Of a stretch of 64,000 nt of DNA, positions 25,162 through 38,480 are shown in pieces. Each line of letters starts with the position of its first letter. Within the stretch, counting starts at the first letter, position 1. The notes beneath the pieces were generated by a model. That model saw only the letters and a program-made list of their open reading frames with translations. It made no database searches and was not told the DNA's origin. The position numbers and the translations under genes are program-made. The stretch is from Octopus sinensis (Eukaryota), in contig NC_043001.1 of the NCBI RefSeq assembly GCF_006345805.1, positions 40,300,001-40,364,000 on the forward strand, given 5' to 3'.

Positions 25162-25379
25162 CAGGGTTGGCCAAAAGTCACCCGACAGTAAATCAAAATT
25201 CCATAAACACTATCTGTAATTCTGTATTGGCTCAAATGGAAAATGTGTCGCTCAAGAAGGACTTCAGTTTCAACAATTTTCATGATGTTTCATATTTAGA
25301 TGCTTTTATTAAATTCATTCATTAATCTTGGAATTAAAATGGTTTTGATTTACTGTCAGGTAACTTTTGGGCAACCCTG
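25162..25379. mobile_element. Tc1/mariner MITE
   Basis: 37-bp TIRs CAGGGTTGGCCAAAAGTCACCCGACAGTAAATCAAAA (3 mismatches); TA on both sides. Confidence 0.9.
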
Positions 25380-25397
25380 TATATATATATATATATA

Positions 25398-25812
25398 TAG
25401 GCGCAGGAGTGGCTGTGTGGTAAGTAGCTTGCTAACCGACCACATGGTTCCGGGTTCATTCCCACTGCGTGGCATCTTGGGCAAGTGTCTTCTGCTATAG
25501 CCCCGGGCCGACCAATGCCTTGTGAGTGGATTTGGTAGACGGAAACTGAAAGAAGCCTGTCGTATATATGTGTATATATATATATGTATGTGTGTGTGTG
25601 TGTTTGTGTGTCTGTTTGTCCCCCTAGCATTGCTTGACAACCGATGCTGGTGTGTTTACGTCCCCGTCACTTAGCGGTTTGGCAAAAAGAGACCGATAGA
25701 ATAAGTACTGGGCTTACAAAGAATAAGTCCCGGGGTTGATTTGCTCGACTAAAGGCGGTGCTCCAGCATGGCCGCAGTCAAATGACTGAAACAAGTAAAA
25801 GAGTAAAAAAGA
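25398..25812 (+). mobile_element. SINE family A, full length
   Basis: Near-identical to 11931-12366. Confidence 0.92.
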
Positions 25813-25819
25813 GTATATA

Positions 25820-26245
25820 TATCACCTTGATCACCTTGACCGACCAGTCCATTTGACACCACTGGTTATAGCACACTGTCCACTCCTCTCTGGATCATGC
25901 CTTTCTCATCCACATGATCCCAATGATCCTCCTGAAATCGTATCTCCACCATCGTGGAGGCCTTCTGGGTGGTCGTTTCCGCTTGCGCAGGTACCACTTG
26001 ACAACTGCGCGAGTCCACCGATTATCAGTGAGCCGGGCGACGTGTCCAGCCCATCTAAACTTGTTGTGTGTATACACTGCGATGACATCCCTCACACCGG
26101 ACTTCTTTCTGATGATCTTGCTACTGATGTGCTCCCTCAATGAGATACCAGGCATTGACCTTTCCATGGCTCTTTGAGCCGTTACCAGTCTCTGCTTTTC
26201 TCTCTTTGTTGTAGCCCATGTTTCACAGCTTGAGCAAGCGAATAT
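25820..26245 (-). mobile_element. RTE-1-type LINE 3' end (third RTE family)
   Basis: CETWATTKREKQRLVTAQRAMERSM...KFRWAGHVARLTDNRWT...KRPPRRPPRWW; TCAAGGTGA repeat tail. Confidence 0.88.
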
Positions 26246-26266
26246 ATATATATATACACACACATA

Positions 26267-26837
26267 CAGGTTGTGTCAGTGATTTGTGAACTAAATTTTA
26301 ATTTAAGGGAAACAAAAATATTTATTAGAAAAATCAATATATGTTTTACACAATTTGTTACACATATTCTTATGTACACATAGCAAAAGGCTAATCAGTA
26401 GGACTGCCATCAGCTTCAGTGACTGCCTTGACATGGCTTCTTTAATGATTAATTGGGTTGACAGCAGGTAATATTTATTCATGCTGGCTTTAACATTTCC
26501 AGTAGCAGATATCAAGTCCTTGGTATTGTTGGCATGTTTGTAGGGTTCCTTTTCAATGATACCCCAGATGTAGTAGTCCAGTGAAGATTAATCAAGAGAG
26601 CTAGAAAGCTAAATATCAGGGGTAACATGATCTGAAAAGTTTTGCTTGTCCACTCCTAAGTTGTACAGGCTTGGTGAGAGAAAGCAGAATGTTACTGAAA
26701 CATATATGGCCTACTCTGAGCAACTCTCTCAATCCAGGGGTTGTCTCAATGTAAGCTGCTGCACTGACCCTAAAACCTTGCAGGAAAAAGTGAGGTGGAT
26801 TTACATAGCCCTTTGTTGCTCACAACAACCAAGACCA

Positions 26838-26850
<13 letters not shown>
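26267..26850 (-). pseudogene. Tc1/mariner-superfamily (maT-like) transposase C-terminal relic
   Basis: RPYMFQ*HSAFSH...LDYYIWGIIEKE...NTKDL. Confidence 0.7.
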
Positions 26851-26875
<25 letters not shown>

Positions 26876-27064
26876 TTCACTTATGCTTTGTAATTAACAA
26901 TTTTCAAATACTCCATAGAAAAATGTGGTAACACCATCTCCATTTTAGATTCAAATCCCAATGAAAGTGATGCTACCACCACTTTTAAGTGGAGCATTTG
27001 AAAATTGATAATTACAAAGTATGAAACCTAAGGTAGCGTAGAAAATCTACAAATAAAGGAAGTA

Positions 27065-27312
27065 TTGTGTTGGTGCATAATTAGTGCATTTTTTTTCCAA
27101 CAAATTTTATTCAATAAAAACAACAGCATGTACCAAAAACATCTTTAAATGATTATTCCGGAGCATATTCACCATCTACTTCAAATACTGTTTCCCATTT
27201 GCTTGACAGACGGTCAGACTGTCATTTAGAGATGTTTTTGTTAAATGTTGTTATTATTTTAGTTGAATAAAATTTGTTGAAAAAAAGCCACAATATCTAT
27301 GCACCAACCCAA
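27065..27312. mobile_element. mariner-type MITE
   Basis: TIRs TTGTGTTGGTGCATA...CAACAAATTTTATTCAA and the reverse complement ending TATGCACCAACCCAA; TA flanks. Confidence 0.85.
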
Positions 27313-27397
27313 TATTTATCCATCAGTGTGGTGTTGATATTCACTACTATCTCCCCCACTGGAACTACCATTTCTGTCCACACTATTTCAACTAATC

Positions 27398-27485
<88 letters not shown>

Positions 27486-28039
27486 ACTGTACTCCATTCT
27501 AAACCCCCTCTCTTATCTGCTATCATTTTCTGTGCCCTCCTATATCTACCATCACGACCCACTTACTATAGCTCCTTATGTATCCTTCTATCTTCCTCTC
27601 TACTGCTCCTACACCTGGCACATCATCTCATTACTTTCAATTCTATCTCCTTCCTGGGCCACTCCTATTTCTTCTGCCTTTCCCCTCTACATACTGGCAT
27701 TTCCCATTTGAACCCACTCCTAGTTCATCACTCACTACATTAACCTCTACCTTCAGCTGTTTACTCCCACCTTCACACTCTTATGAAAGTAACCACTCTC
27801 TCATTCTTGCCTGTGACCCACTGTTTGTGCCCTCACTTATACTCACTTTCTTGTTTGCACTCCATCACTACCTCCTTTTATCTCCTTCAGCTATGTATCT
27901 CCTCTATAGAAAGATATCTATGCTTGTCACTCTATCTTAATTTAGCCTTTCAATAACTGGCAGCCACCCATCTTCACCTTCACTTCCCAAATACATCCTT
28001 TCAGTAGTGGAAGCCTTTTCCTTTCTTCTTTTCTATCTT

Positions 28040-28249
28040 GCAAGTTACATGGCACCCTCACTTGTGTCACTGGCACAAAAAAAGCAGTTGTAAAGTAGTT
28101 GGCATTAGGAAGGCATCCAACCATAGATACCATGCCAAAGATAACACTGGAGTTCAACATAGTCCTGCAGCTCACCCGTTCCCTGTTAAACTATTCAACC
28201 CGTGCCAGCATGGAAAATGGAGGATAAACGTGATGATGATGATGACAAA

Positions 28250-28250
<1 letters not shown>
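28040..28250 (+). mobile_element. RTE 3' tail copy
   Basis: GGCATTAGGAAGGCATCCA...GCCAGCATGGAAAATGG...(GAT)n. Confidence 0.8.
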
Positions 28251-28287
<37 letters not shown>

Positions 28288-29200
28288 CAGGGTTGTACAA
28301 AATAATGGAAACACCATCATAGCATCATAATTTTGAAATATCTATAAAACCATCAAAAGCTTGTTTATTTTTATGTCTTTTGATTTATTATTAGTGTTGC
28401 TTAATATGTTTTGCTAAAATTGTTGTTTCTTTTCAGATATCATCAGAAAAAGGTAATAAAAATTCATCAAAATGACAGATCTATCGGATTTTCAGAGGTC
28501 AAATTGTTGGTGCTCATATGGCAGGTGCTAGCATAACGGAAACAGCCAAAATGTTTGGTGTATCAAGAAGTACTGTCTTGAAAGTAATGACAGCCTTTGA
28601 GAAAGAAGGAAAAACCTCCTCGTTGAAACAAAACTCCAGAAGAAAACCAAAACTTTTAGATGGGGACCATTGGACTCTTTTGCAAATTTTTAGAAAGGAT
28701 CACAAAAGTACAGCTCCCAAAATTACCACCTTGAGAACCCAGTTTCCACAAAAATTGTTTGCCAGGAGCTGCACAAAGCCAGGTTTCATGGGAGGGCTGC
28801 AATCAGAAAACCACTTGGTCCCTAGTGCAGTGGAAGATTGTCATTTTATCAGATGAGTCATCTTTTACCTTAGTGTATGTGTGGAGACAGCCAAAAGAAG
28901 CATATGACCCAGACTGCCTTCTTCCAACTGTTGAACATGGAGGAGGATCTGTGATGAGTTAGGGGTTATATCTTGGAAATCCAATGGTTTCCTTTCATGG
29001 TAAAATTAATTGTCAAGACTATTTAGGCATTTTACCTGATCAAATTTATCCTATGATTGCGGAATTGTTTCCGGAGGTAAACACAATCTTTCAGGATGAT
29101 AATGCGCCAATTCACACAGCTAAAGTTGTTACTGAATAGCATGAGGAACAATCTAGTGAAGTTGAATGTCTTATCTGGCCACCATTATTTTGTCCAACCC

Positions 29201-29203
<3 letters not shown>
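28288..29203 (+). mobile_element. Tc1-like transposon, internally deleted pseudogene
   Basis: TIRs CAGGGTTGTACAAAATAATGG / CCATTATTTTGTCCAACCCCTG with TA flanks; [38 protein letters not shown]. Confidence 0.93.
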
Positions 29204-29282
<79 letters not shown>

Positions 29283-29314
29283 GTGTGTGTGTATACATAT
29301 GTATATACATACAC

Positions 29315-29540
29315 AGATATATATTGAGAAAAAAGGTCGCCAAAATTTTGGAAAAACTCTTTTTATTTCTTCATTATTATTAGCGCTTTCATTCGTTTCT
29401 TGAACTTTTCAAATGGAACTTGTCAAAAATTCTATTTGACAAGTTCGAGAAACGAACCAAACCACTAATAATAATGAAGAAATAAAAAGATATTTTTTCC
29501 AAAATTCTGGTGACCTTTTTCTTCATTATTCAATATCTGT
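29315..29540. mobile_element. Fold-back element (about 75-bp arms) with internal 12-bp hairpin
   Basis: AAAAAGGTCGCCAAAATTTTGGAAAAA...CGTTTCT versus AGAAACG...TTTTTCCAAAATTCTGGTGACCTTTTT; inner GAACTTGTCAAA / TTTGACAAGTTC. Confidence 0.8.
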
Positions 29541-31129
29541 AGACCACACCTAACACTCTATACATATATATATATATATATTTGTACATATGCATACACA
29601 GGCGGAACAATCATATATATGTGTGTGCGTATGTTTGTATGCATGTGCACTTGTGCACATATGTATAAAGTAAAATACCCATGTTCTTGTGCATGTTTAG
29701 CTTGTTTCAGATTGTTCAGTATTGCTTTACACAAATCAAAGATGATATTTAATCCTCATCAACAATTTGCATTTAATTTTAATCATCTGTAGTAAAACAA
29801 CTTTCTGTCATTAATCAGACTTGAGTTGTAACATGATTCTAAGTCAAGGCTTGAAATTAATTGCACGCTGCAGAAAGTCATAAAAGAAATTTTAAAACAA
29901 GCTTTTAGTTGGTACGATTAAGTTTACAAAACCCTCATAGTCTTGCATGAGATGATTAGGTTGAATCAAGTCATAACAGTCCTGATTTTTTCTTTTTTTT
30001 TTTTTTTGTGTGTGTAGTTTAATTTTAGCGTTAATAAAAAAAATTCTTTTAAAAGAACGAACTCCTTATGGTTCAAAATTTTGTTTTGCAATAGTATTCC
30101 TTCACAACTGATTTCCTAAGAATCAAAGAACCACCTTAAAACTTGTGACTGTATGTGTGCAGTGAGACGTCTTGCAATCTGTTGACAAGTGTCCTCAGTT
30201 CTCAGTGCTGTTGTGAAATATTCTTGCAGAAGAGAATATGGTAATTTTTTGTAACTCTGCTACTTGAGACTCTAATCTAATATTGTGTGTCTAAAGTAAC
30301 TATTTTGATATATTTTAATATCTAACTTGAGGAGTGAGGGGAGTGGAGGACTTCTTTCAGATTTTACAGTACAAGAGCTCAAGCAAATGATGCTATTTTT
30401 GCACATACAGAGATATGTGCATATACACATACAAATATACATCCCATACACATAAAAACATATATACCATTCACATATACTTAGCTACTTACATACATGC
30501 AGTCCTGTAAAGGACTGCCTTGGATTCTTCTCTCTTTTATATTTGATGTTTATGAAAGAACTCTTCAAATATCTACCTGTCTATGAAAAACTATTATGGA
30601 CTCTCATTTTCCTGTTTTTCTTCTTAATTATATTTCTATACACATCTGCATAGCTTATTTATAAATGCTTTGATGCTGTTTACAACTGCCTGACCATCTT
30701 TTACTTTACTTTACCTTTATTAGCTCAACTGGTGCATTTCTTAAAGCTAACTCTTGTTTACCTGGATTATGTCACTCTTCATTTGATGTTGGATTTTGGG
30801 TATTTGTTTTGGTTTGAGCACTAATCTGTCTGTATGACTTTAGATATTTTCTTACCCATTATACAAAAAGATATACATACATGCATGCATGCATACATCC
30901 TTCCATCCATCCATCCATCCATCCATCCATCCATACATACATACATACATACATACATACATACATACATACATACATACATACATGCATACATACATGT
31001 AACAAGATAACAAAAAAAAAAAACACCTACAGATGAAGTTGACTATATTGAGACCAATGGGTCAAAAGAATATTGGTGGAATTTAAAATTTTAAAACAGC
31101 CACTAAGTTAAAATGCAACCACTCAGATA

Positions 31130-31395
31130 TTGTTGTGTGGGACAAGCTGGAGGGCTGCACCAGGCTCCACTTGTCTGTTTGGCATGGTTTTTACAGCTGG
31201 ATGACCTTCATAACCCCCAACCACTTTACAGAGTGTACTGGGTGCTTTTTATGTGGTACTAGCATAGGTGCCTTATATGTGGTGCTGGCACGGATGCACC
31301 TTACATGACTGGCACAGGTGCTTCTTACATGGTCCCAGCATGGGTTCTTTTTATGTGGTGCTGGCACATGCTTTTTACATGGCACTGACATGTAG
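31130..31395 (-). mobile_element. RTE 3' UTR copy
   Basis: GCTGCACCAGGCTCC...CAGCTGGATG...GGGTGCTTTTTATGTG with internal GGCAC repeats. Confidence 0.8.
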
Positions 31396-31489
31396 TATAT
31401 TCTTTATTCATTTATTCTTTTAATGGTTTCAGTCGCTCAACTGCAACCATGCTGGAGTACCACCTTAATTTTTTTTCTTTTTAGTTTTG

Positions 31490-33110
31490 TTGTCACTTTA
31501 TGATTGAAAGTTGGTTGATGATCGAGTTTGTAGTTTCTGATCTCCCCTAACTGTATCCTTGAATGGTTGGTTGGTCCAGTAACACTGTTAGGAGTTTATC
31601 CACTGCTTTTTTGAAAGTTTCTGTGGAGGTTCCTTTTATATTTCTAATCTATTTTGGTAACCAGTTGGATACTTGAGGACCTCTGAATATTATATTGGTA
31701 CAGTAGAGTGTTTTTACTTGTGAGTCTGAAGATGGTATATTTGGAAACTGACAGTACCTACCAGTTCAAGCATTAAAATTTATTTTAATGCCAATGTTTG
31801 GAACATGCTCTTCCAGGATCTTCCATACATATATAATAGTATATCTCTCACATTGGCTTTCAAGAGAGTAGAGATGCAGAGCTTTCAGGCATTCCCAGTA
31901 ATCAAGGCTATTAACTGAAATTATTTTACTGGTGAATGTTCTTTGTAACCCTTCAATTTCTTCTGTGAGACTAGGTGAATTTGGAGACCAAAGCTGTGAG
32001 CAGTAATCTAATCTGCTCAGAACTAAGGTTTTCCAAAGAGTTAGCATAACTACCGGTTCTCTTGTTGTGAAGGATCGTAGGATCTATCCTATGAGATGTC
32101 TGCATTTAGAGGTTAGTTTGGTGAGGTGACTGATGAAAGATGTTTCATTTAACATGATTATTCCTAAATCCTGTATGTCGTCAGTGCTCTGAATCATTGT
32201 ATCATCTGGCACCAAATATTGGGATTTGTGTCTATTCCCTCTATAATGAAGTGCCTGAAATTTTGATGCATTAAATTTCATATTATTTTTATCCGCCCAT
32301 TGATAAATGATGTTTAGGTCATTTTGGAGTGTGATGGCATCTTCTAGAGTTTGGATAGACATTGATATTTTTGTTTTCTCAGTGTAACTCATTTGGTTGG
32401 CCGATTGCACTTGTGAGCTTATGCCTGATAGGATTATGGTAAATAACAATGGTCCTAGAACCGTACCCTGAGGTATACCACTTATTATGGGTGACTTTGC
32501 TGAGAGACAACCGTTTGCAGCAACAGATTGATTCCTATCCCTTAGGAAGTCAAAGAGCCATTCTCCAAGTTTTCTTATGATACCAAGATCCCTTATCCTA
32601 TAACAGATGATTCCATGATTATCTATTATCCAGTCTGAAAACCATGCTGTGTTTTATCTAAGAGGTTGTTTTCCTCAAGATAAGCAGTTATTCTTTTCTG
32701 GACTACAATTTCTACAATTTAGATGTTCTACAATTAGAGTTCTACAATTTAGAGTTCTACAATTTTAGATGTGTGAGATGTGAGAGAACAGGTCTGTAAT
32801 TTTTAGCTTCAGCCCTGCCACCTCATTTTATGGATAAGTGTTACTGTTGCTTCTTCCAATAGTTCTTGGAATATGCTGGTTTTAAGTGACTTTTGAAATA
32901 GCAACTTTAATGGTTTGGCAAGGCTGTTTTTGCAAGTTTTCAATAGTATGGCTGGGAGACCATCTGGTCCTGGTGCTGAATTTGAATCTAGATCATTAAC
33001 TATGTCTTCTTCCATAATATCTAAAATCTTTAGACTTGTCTGTGCAATTGAATTCATTCTGGGGTTCAAGAAATTACTTTGGATTATGCACTATTTTGTC
33101 AATCATAGGT
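31490..33110 (-). pseudogene. CR1-clade LINE reverse transcriptase relic
   Basis: SAPGPDGLPAILLKTC, GIPQGTVLGPLLF, NMKFNASKFQAL, LVLSRLDYCSQLWSP, FKKAVDKLL. Confidence 0.9.
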
Positions 33111-34989
33111 TGAGGGAAAACACTGTTTGTTGTATTGTTGACTCAGACACTTGCTCACTGTATCACACAATGGAACTGAACCCAGAACCAACAAACTTCT
33201 TACCACAGTCATGTCTGGAAATATTTTTTCCTTCTTATTACTATACTCACACACACACACACACACACACACACTCTCTATCTCTCTCTCCCTCTTTCTC
33301 TCTCTCACACATATGCATGCACACACACAAACATATTTATTAATAATCATATACAGTGAAATCAAACTCATTGCCAAGTACACTAACTTTAAGACAGTGT
33401 GTTCCTATTAGTATATGATATAGAAATAATTTATAAAGCCCACCTGGAACATTGTATTAGGGAGGAATACTGTTTCATGAAAGGAATGACAATTTTTTTT
33501 GTTGGCAACAAGGGAGTAATGTTAGGGTCAGGGATTGACTTAAGTGGAGCAAAAGAAAACAGTTTTGTCAATAAGCCACCAGTGAATAAATTTAGACTCT
33601 CAAAGGAGTCAGTGGAGGATAACAGGGGTAATGGGGGTGATGTGCAGGAAGTGTAGTGTTCAAAACTGGACAATACTACTACTCTTACTATTCACAAAAA
33701 AAAGCAAGCTTTCATTAAAAAATAAATGTTTCTTTCAGCTGACAGTGGTATATGCTCATAATAAAGGAGCTTGGGATGTTACTAAATTTACTCTATTCTA
33801 ATTTTTGGACTCAAGTGTTTTCTCTGTTATTACATATGAACAGAGAAGTGACTAAATAATTATGATTAATTAAATGTAATTCAACATAGAACAGATAGTA
33901 ATGTTTGGCTAGTTTTTCTGTATTTCTTTGGTCTATATGGTTATTTATTTATTTTTTGCTATTCCTTCTTTTTTCTTTTTTTTCCCCAAAACAAACATAT
34001 CGATAACATCAGCAGCTGAGAATAATTTGCATTTTATTCAGATATAAAACAGAATATAAAACATGTATAGGAGTGCAGTTGCTAACCAATATAGGTAGTG
34101 TTGTTAGTCTTTCTGTAATTCTGCTCTTTCCATATGTATATTTTCAAGGAAGGCTCAGGGGCACATTTGCTGTTGTTATGCTAATGAAAACTGGGGAAGT
34201 GGCATTAGTGTTTATTCATTGAATTGGTTAAAAGGATAGTGATGTTGTTGATGACATGATGTGAAGGAAAGACAAATAGTTGTAATAGGTGAGGGGAAAA
34301 GACAAATTAGTTAGAATAAAAAAATATTTCTTTGTTTTGTAGTTTAATCAGCTAGAAATTATGAACCCCTTGGCACTGAAAATAATGTGAACCCATGACA
34401 GTTTTAAGAAAACATAAAAAGCAAAAACACCTTTCCCTAAAATACTTAGTTTATCTACATGAACAACACTAGGTAAAATTTGATGCAATAAATGTACATT
34501 TGGTATTCAAATAGCTATATTATTTCATTAACATTGTTACAAAAAGAATTAAAATGCCATCATGAGATTTTGATAATCTCAACTGATCATAAAAATGAAA
34601 GAATGTCCAGGTGACTAATAAATGGAAACTAAGAAAATTTAGAAAAAGAGACTAAATTGAACTAACAAGAGAACCTTTACAAGCTAGAAAGAGCAGCCAA
34701 ACCCCTTCAAATAATATTCTGCAGTCTTAAAAATAGGGCAGCACATTAGATTATGTAGTTCAAGAAATATTTTGTTTCAAAAAATTTTTTAATGAATGAC
34801 AGTCACAGTTGGAATATCATAAATCTGCTTGATCAGGGCTAAATCTGGTGCAAAACAACAAAGGGAAACAAATTAATTCACTGATACAAGAAAAACTATT
34901 CTACACAAAGATGAAATATAAAAAAAAAGTTCTGAGAGGCATAAAAGCACTTCTTTGGAATTGTAACTGGAAACTAGTGTTCCTGACAG

Positions 34990-36110
34990 GGAGAATGATA
35001 TGCCTTCAAACAAAGCAATAAGGAGAAATAGAGACAATGGTTTGACTTGGGATTTCTCTCGTATGTCATTCATCAGTAATCATTTGTCCTTGTGAACTTT
35101 AATAGAAACAATGCCATTGTACTTGATATCATCAAAGCCTTTAACAGCCATTGGCATTAAAACCTTCTATATAAACTTGTCTAACTATAACTTATATCTG
35201 TGAATCATTTCTTGGATTTAGACGTTTCCAATCCATACTCTATTAATTCTAATGTTCTAGAGGTTTGGTGATGTATCCTACACATTCCTTTTTGTACATT
35301 AATTACTTACTCACCTCCCTCCTGACAGCATACACATATTGAAGTGATGCTGCCCTTCGTGCATAAACATCATCCATTTATATGCTAAACACTATATGAT
35401 AGATTTGCTTTCATGAACAACGCCCTTGAGAAGATTCTAAAATAGGAACATAACAACCTAGTCTTTTTTAACAGTTCAAGACAATCACTACACATACCAA
35501 AGAAACCCTACTCCCTTTAATCATGAATAACATGCAATTAAAACTTTCAAAGCCACTTCAAATATTTGACCCCACAATATATAATCACTTATGGCAACAT
35601 ACATAATATTGCCAAAACTGCATCACAAAAACTAAGATTTCTCTCTTTGAACATAAAATAATTCAACCCTGATCAGTTTCTTATCAGAGAGCTTGGGTGT
35701 AATCTACATTGGAATATTGCCATTGTGTATAGAACTGAGGATTGTTAGCACACACACAGATATCCTTGACTGCACTCAAACTATATGACAACCACCAGCA
35801 GCTTACAGACACATGGCTCTCTTTATTTACTTTTTTAATTGCTACAATGGTCTCTCCTCCTCTGAAATAGCTGACAGTACACTTCCTCCACTTAGACACT
35901 TACTCTTCTCTGTTTCTTCCTATGAGCTTTGTTCACCTCTTACATCTTACATGAAATACCACAGCTACATTCCTCTGAAATATAGCAATGCCTCCATGTA
36001 AGAGTTAATTTGTTCCCAGAGTCCACTCATAAAGCAGAGCAATAATTTCCTATAGCAGCAATGTTATAAATCATAATTCATTCACAGAAAAATATTTCAC
36101 CCATAAAATT
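34990..36110 (+). pseudogene. CR1-like RT relic (second family), heavily decayed
   Basis: AIVLDIIKAFNSHWH.NLLYKL; C-terminal SLYLLF...PPLRHLLFS. Confidence 0.7.
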
Positions 36111-36527
36111 CATAATAGTTGTAAATAAATGGCAATAGAACAACAGTAGAATGTAAAGAATATTTTATGTAAAGTAAAAGGAATGTCAAGATCATTCATA
36201 ATAAAAAACATCATTATTATAATTGTTTTCTGAATCACTTTCACTCACACTAGACTCGCGCACACCATCATTTGTAGATGCGATCACCGATTCACAATCA
36301 CTCATAAACAGATTTGTAGATTTCTTTTTAAAAAACAAGTTTAAAGTTGTTTGCTTAGAAGCTTTCTTTTACTCTCTATAAATTTCTTGGTAACATGCAG
36401 AAGCATTTGTTATGGTAGTAGAAATTTTTGTGCTTCATTCAAAATTTGGATCTTTATATTTATTATAAAATAAAACTCATAAACTCAGAGTCTAGTAAAA
36501 CAGATCATTGTAAAGTGAGTTATTACT

Positions 36528-36792
36528 TCATTTACATTATTTACATTTGATGGCTATTTGTCCTCATCGTGTTTGTTGTTAACACAATGTTTCAGCTGAT
36601 ATACCCTCCAGCCTTCATCAGGTGTCTTGGGGAAATTTTGAACTTGGGTTCTCATTTCCCCCAAGACACTTGATGAAGGCTGGAAGGTATATCAGCTGAA
36701 ATGTTGTGTTAACAACAAGCACAATGAGGACAAATATCTATCAAATGTAAATAATGTAAATAATGTACATAATTCTTTATCTCTTAAATGTA
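36528..36792. mobile_element. Second palindromic insertion of the HHR-tailed element
   Basis: Inverted arms homologous to 6394-6957; direct repeat GAGTTATTACT at 36517-36527 and 36793-36803. Confidence 0.85.
36581..36626 (-). ncRNA. Minimal type I hammerhead-like motif, best-preserved copy
   Basis: GACAC CTGATGA A GGCTG-loop-CAGCT GAAA CA TT GTGTT. The partner at 36665-36710 (+) has TTGATGA and GAAA TG TT GTGTT; CA and TG both point to an ancestral palindromic CG. Confidence 0.6.
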
Positions 36793-37949
36793 GAGTTATT
36801 ACTGTGTATTCTCCTTTTGCCCATCTTTTTCAAACATTGACTTGCAGCTCTTCAATTGAACAGGCCAACAGGCATACCAGCAGGAGCTGAACAAGGTTCC
36901 TAGTAATATGAAACCTGTTGACAAACTGCCTAGCCAATTCCATATCTTGTCTTCATATGTATTCACCATAAGCATATAACTATAGGTAGCCTGTTCCAAA
37001 TCTGGGCACTAGACTGAGACCTGGGAAACAATGAATTTTGGATCTGTCACAACCCAAGAGAGAAGCAAATTCAAGCAAACAATTTATAAGAGGACTGTGT
37101 AAAGACTTCCCAACACATGTTCAACATGTACATGAAATAAATATAAACTGCTGGCAACCGTCAACTTGCAGGTCAACATCCTTAGCATTTAGGAAATGTC
37201 ATTAGAAAGTTTTCTTGTGGCATTTGTTCCAACTTCAAGTTCGAATTCTACCAAAATCAATTCTACCTTTCATTCTTTGGAGGACAGATAAATAAAGTAG
37301 TTGCCTACTGCTGGGGTTGATTATCCTTTCTTTCTCAACTGTGGTTAGATCAAGTTTAAATGTTGAGAGTTTGGATAAACAAGTTACAGATGTGATGACA
37401 TGAAGAAAAACCCAAACAATGACGTCCAACAACTACACATCATAGCTTTTGGCTTATGTCAGAAAAAATTCTAACAAATTCAAAAGTGTTGATCAAGTTA
37501 GGCTTTGAATGAAGTTAAGTAATTACAGCTTACAAAAAGAGTAGCAAACAACAGGCAGTTAGACTAACAGAAACAGACTTGGTTGGGTCAGCAGTTAGTG
37601 AGCAGCAAGCTGATAGAGGGAGACAAGACAAACTGACATGAGCAAAGAAGCATGACTTCTTTGTCATGTCTCTAGTATCTGCTAGAGAAATGCTTTCTCT
37701 AGCAGATACTATCACCAAAACTTCTGTCATGAGAATAATTTCCACTGATTCTTTTTTTGACAACCTGACTGTCAGCAAATAATGAACACTACTCTAGGTA
37801 ACCTCTGCGTTATATCAACTTACATCACCACACAGAAAACTCCCTACAGGATATTGTGAAATAATCTCTGGTTTTCTATTCCACTGTGTTATATCAACTT
37901 ACATCACCACACAGAAAACTCCCTACAGGATATTGTGAAATAATCTCTG

Positions 37950-38480
37950 GTTTACTATTCTCTCTGTTTTTGCTCTGCCGAACTGATACAAGTGGTTTTT
38001 AACTATTAATATATGATAAAGAACTGATTTTGACTTATATTCATTTTGTCAATTCTGGCTCATCACCATATTGTTACAATTGTATTGTTGTAATGTTAGG
38101 GTCTAGATAGAATATTCCATTCAAAACCAAATTGTTTATTACATTCCTTTAGAGACCAAATTAATTTACTAAGCCCAGTATTGTTGTGATTATTGATGTG
38201 TCTAAATGTAGAGTAATGGTTAGATATTCTTTTGGACAACTGAAATGAAGAACTACATATGTAAAAAAAGACATCAGAACCGGAAGTAATTTTTACATTG
38301 ATAAACATAGTTTCTAGTCTTAGAATTACTGCTAAGGAAACAAATGCGATTCCAATTTATATCAGAAATACTAATATTGTTGTTATTATTGTTCAAAGAA
38401 TGGTTAGTGTTAATAATATCAATGTTATTATTTTTATTAAGTGGATTTGTTATTTAACAACTTATTGTTATATGAAGAGA
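37950..38480 (-). pseudogene. Penelope-like element GIY-YIG endonuclease C-terminus
   Basis: FYICSSSFQLSKRISNHYSTF...NNTGLSKLIWSLKE...FEWNILSRP. Confidence 0.85.

Noticed and set aside
32703-32770. Imperfect CTACAATTT(AGAGTT) repeats interrupting the CR1 relic
   Set aside because: Ordinary short minisatellite with no further structure.
33431-33673. 80-aa minus ORF with plausible splice sites
   Set aside because: No homology recognised. It lies upstream of, and on the same strand as, the CR1 relic, so it is more likely LINE remnant.
36147-36168. Resemblance to mature miR-1 (TAGAATGTAAAGAA...)
   Set aside because: The seed position and 3' half mismatch, and there is no complementary hairpin arm upstream.
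37530-37778. Minus ORF, and a plus frame with a single in-frame TGA (selenocysteine idea)
   Set aside because: No recognisable protein, and the hairpins lack SECIS features (AUGA/GA quartet, apical AA). Openness on both strands is partly explained by the palindromes.
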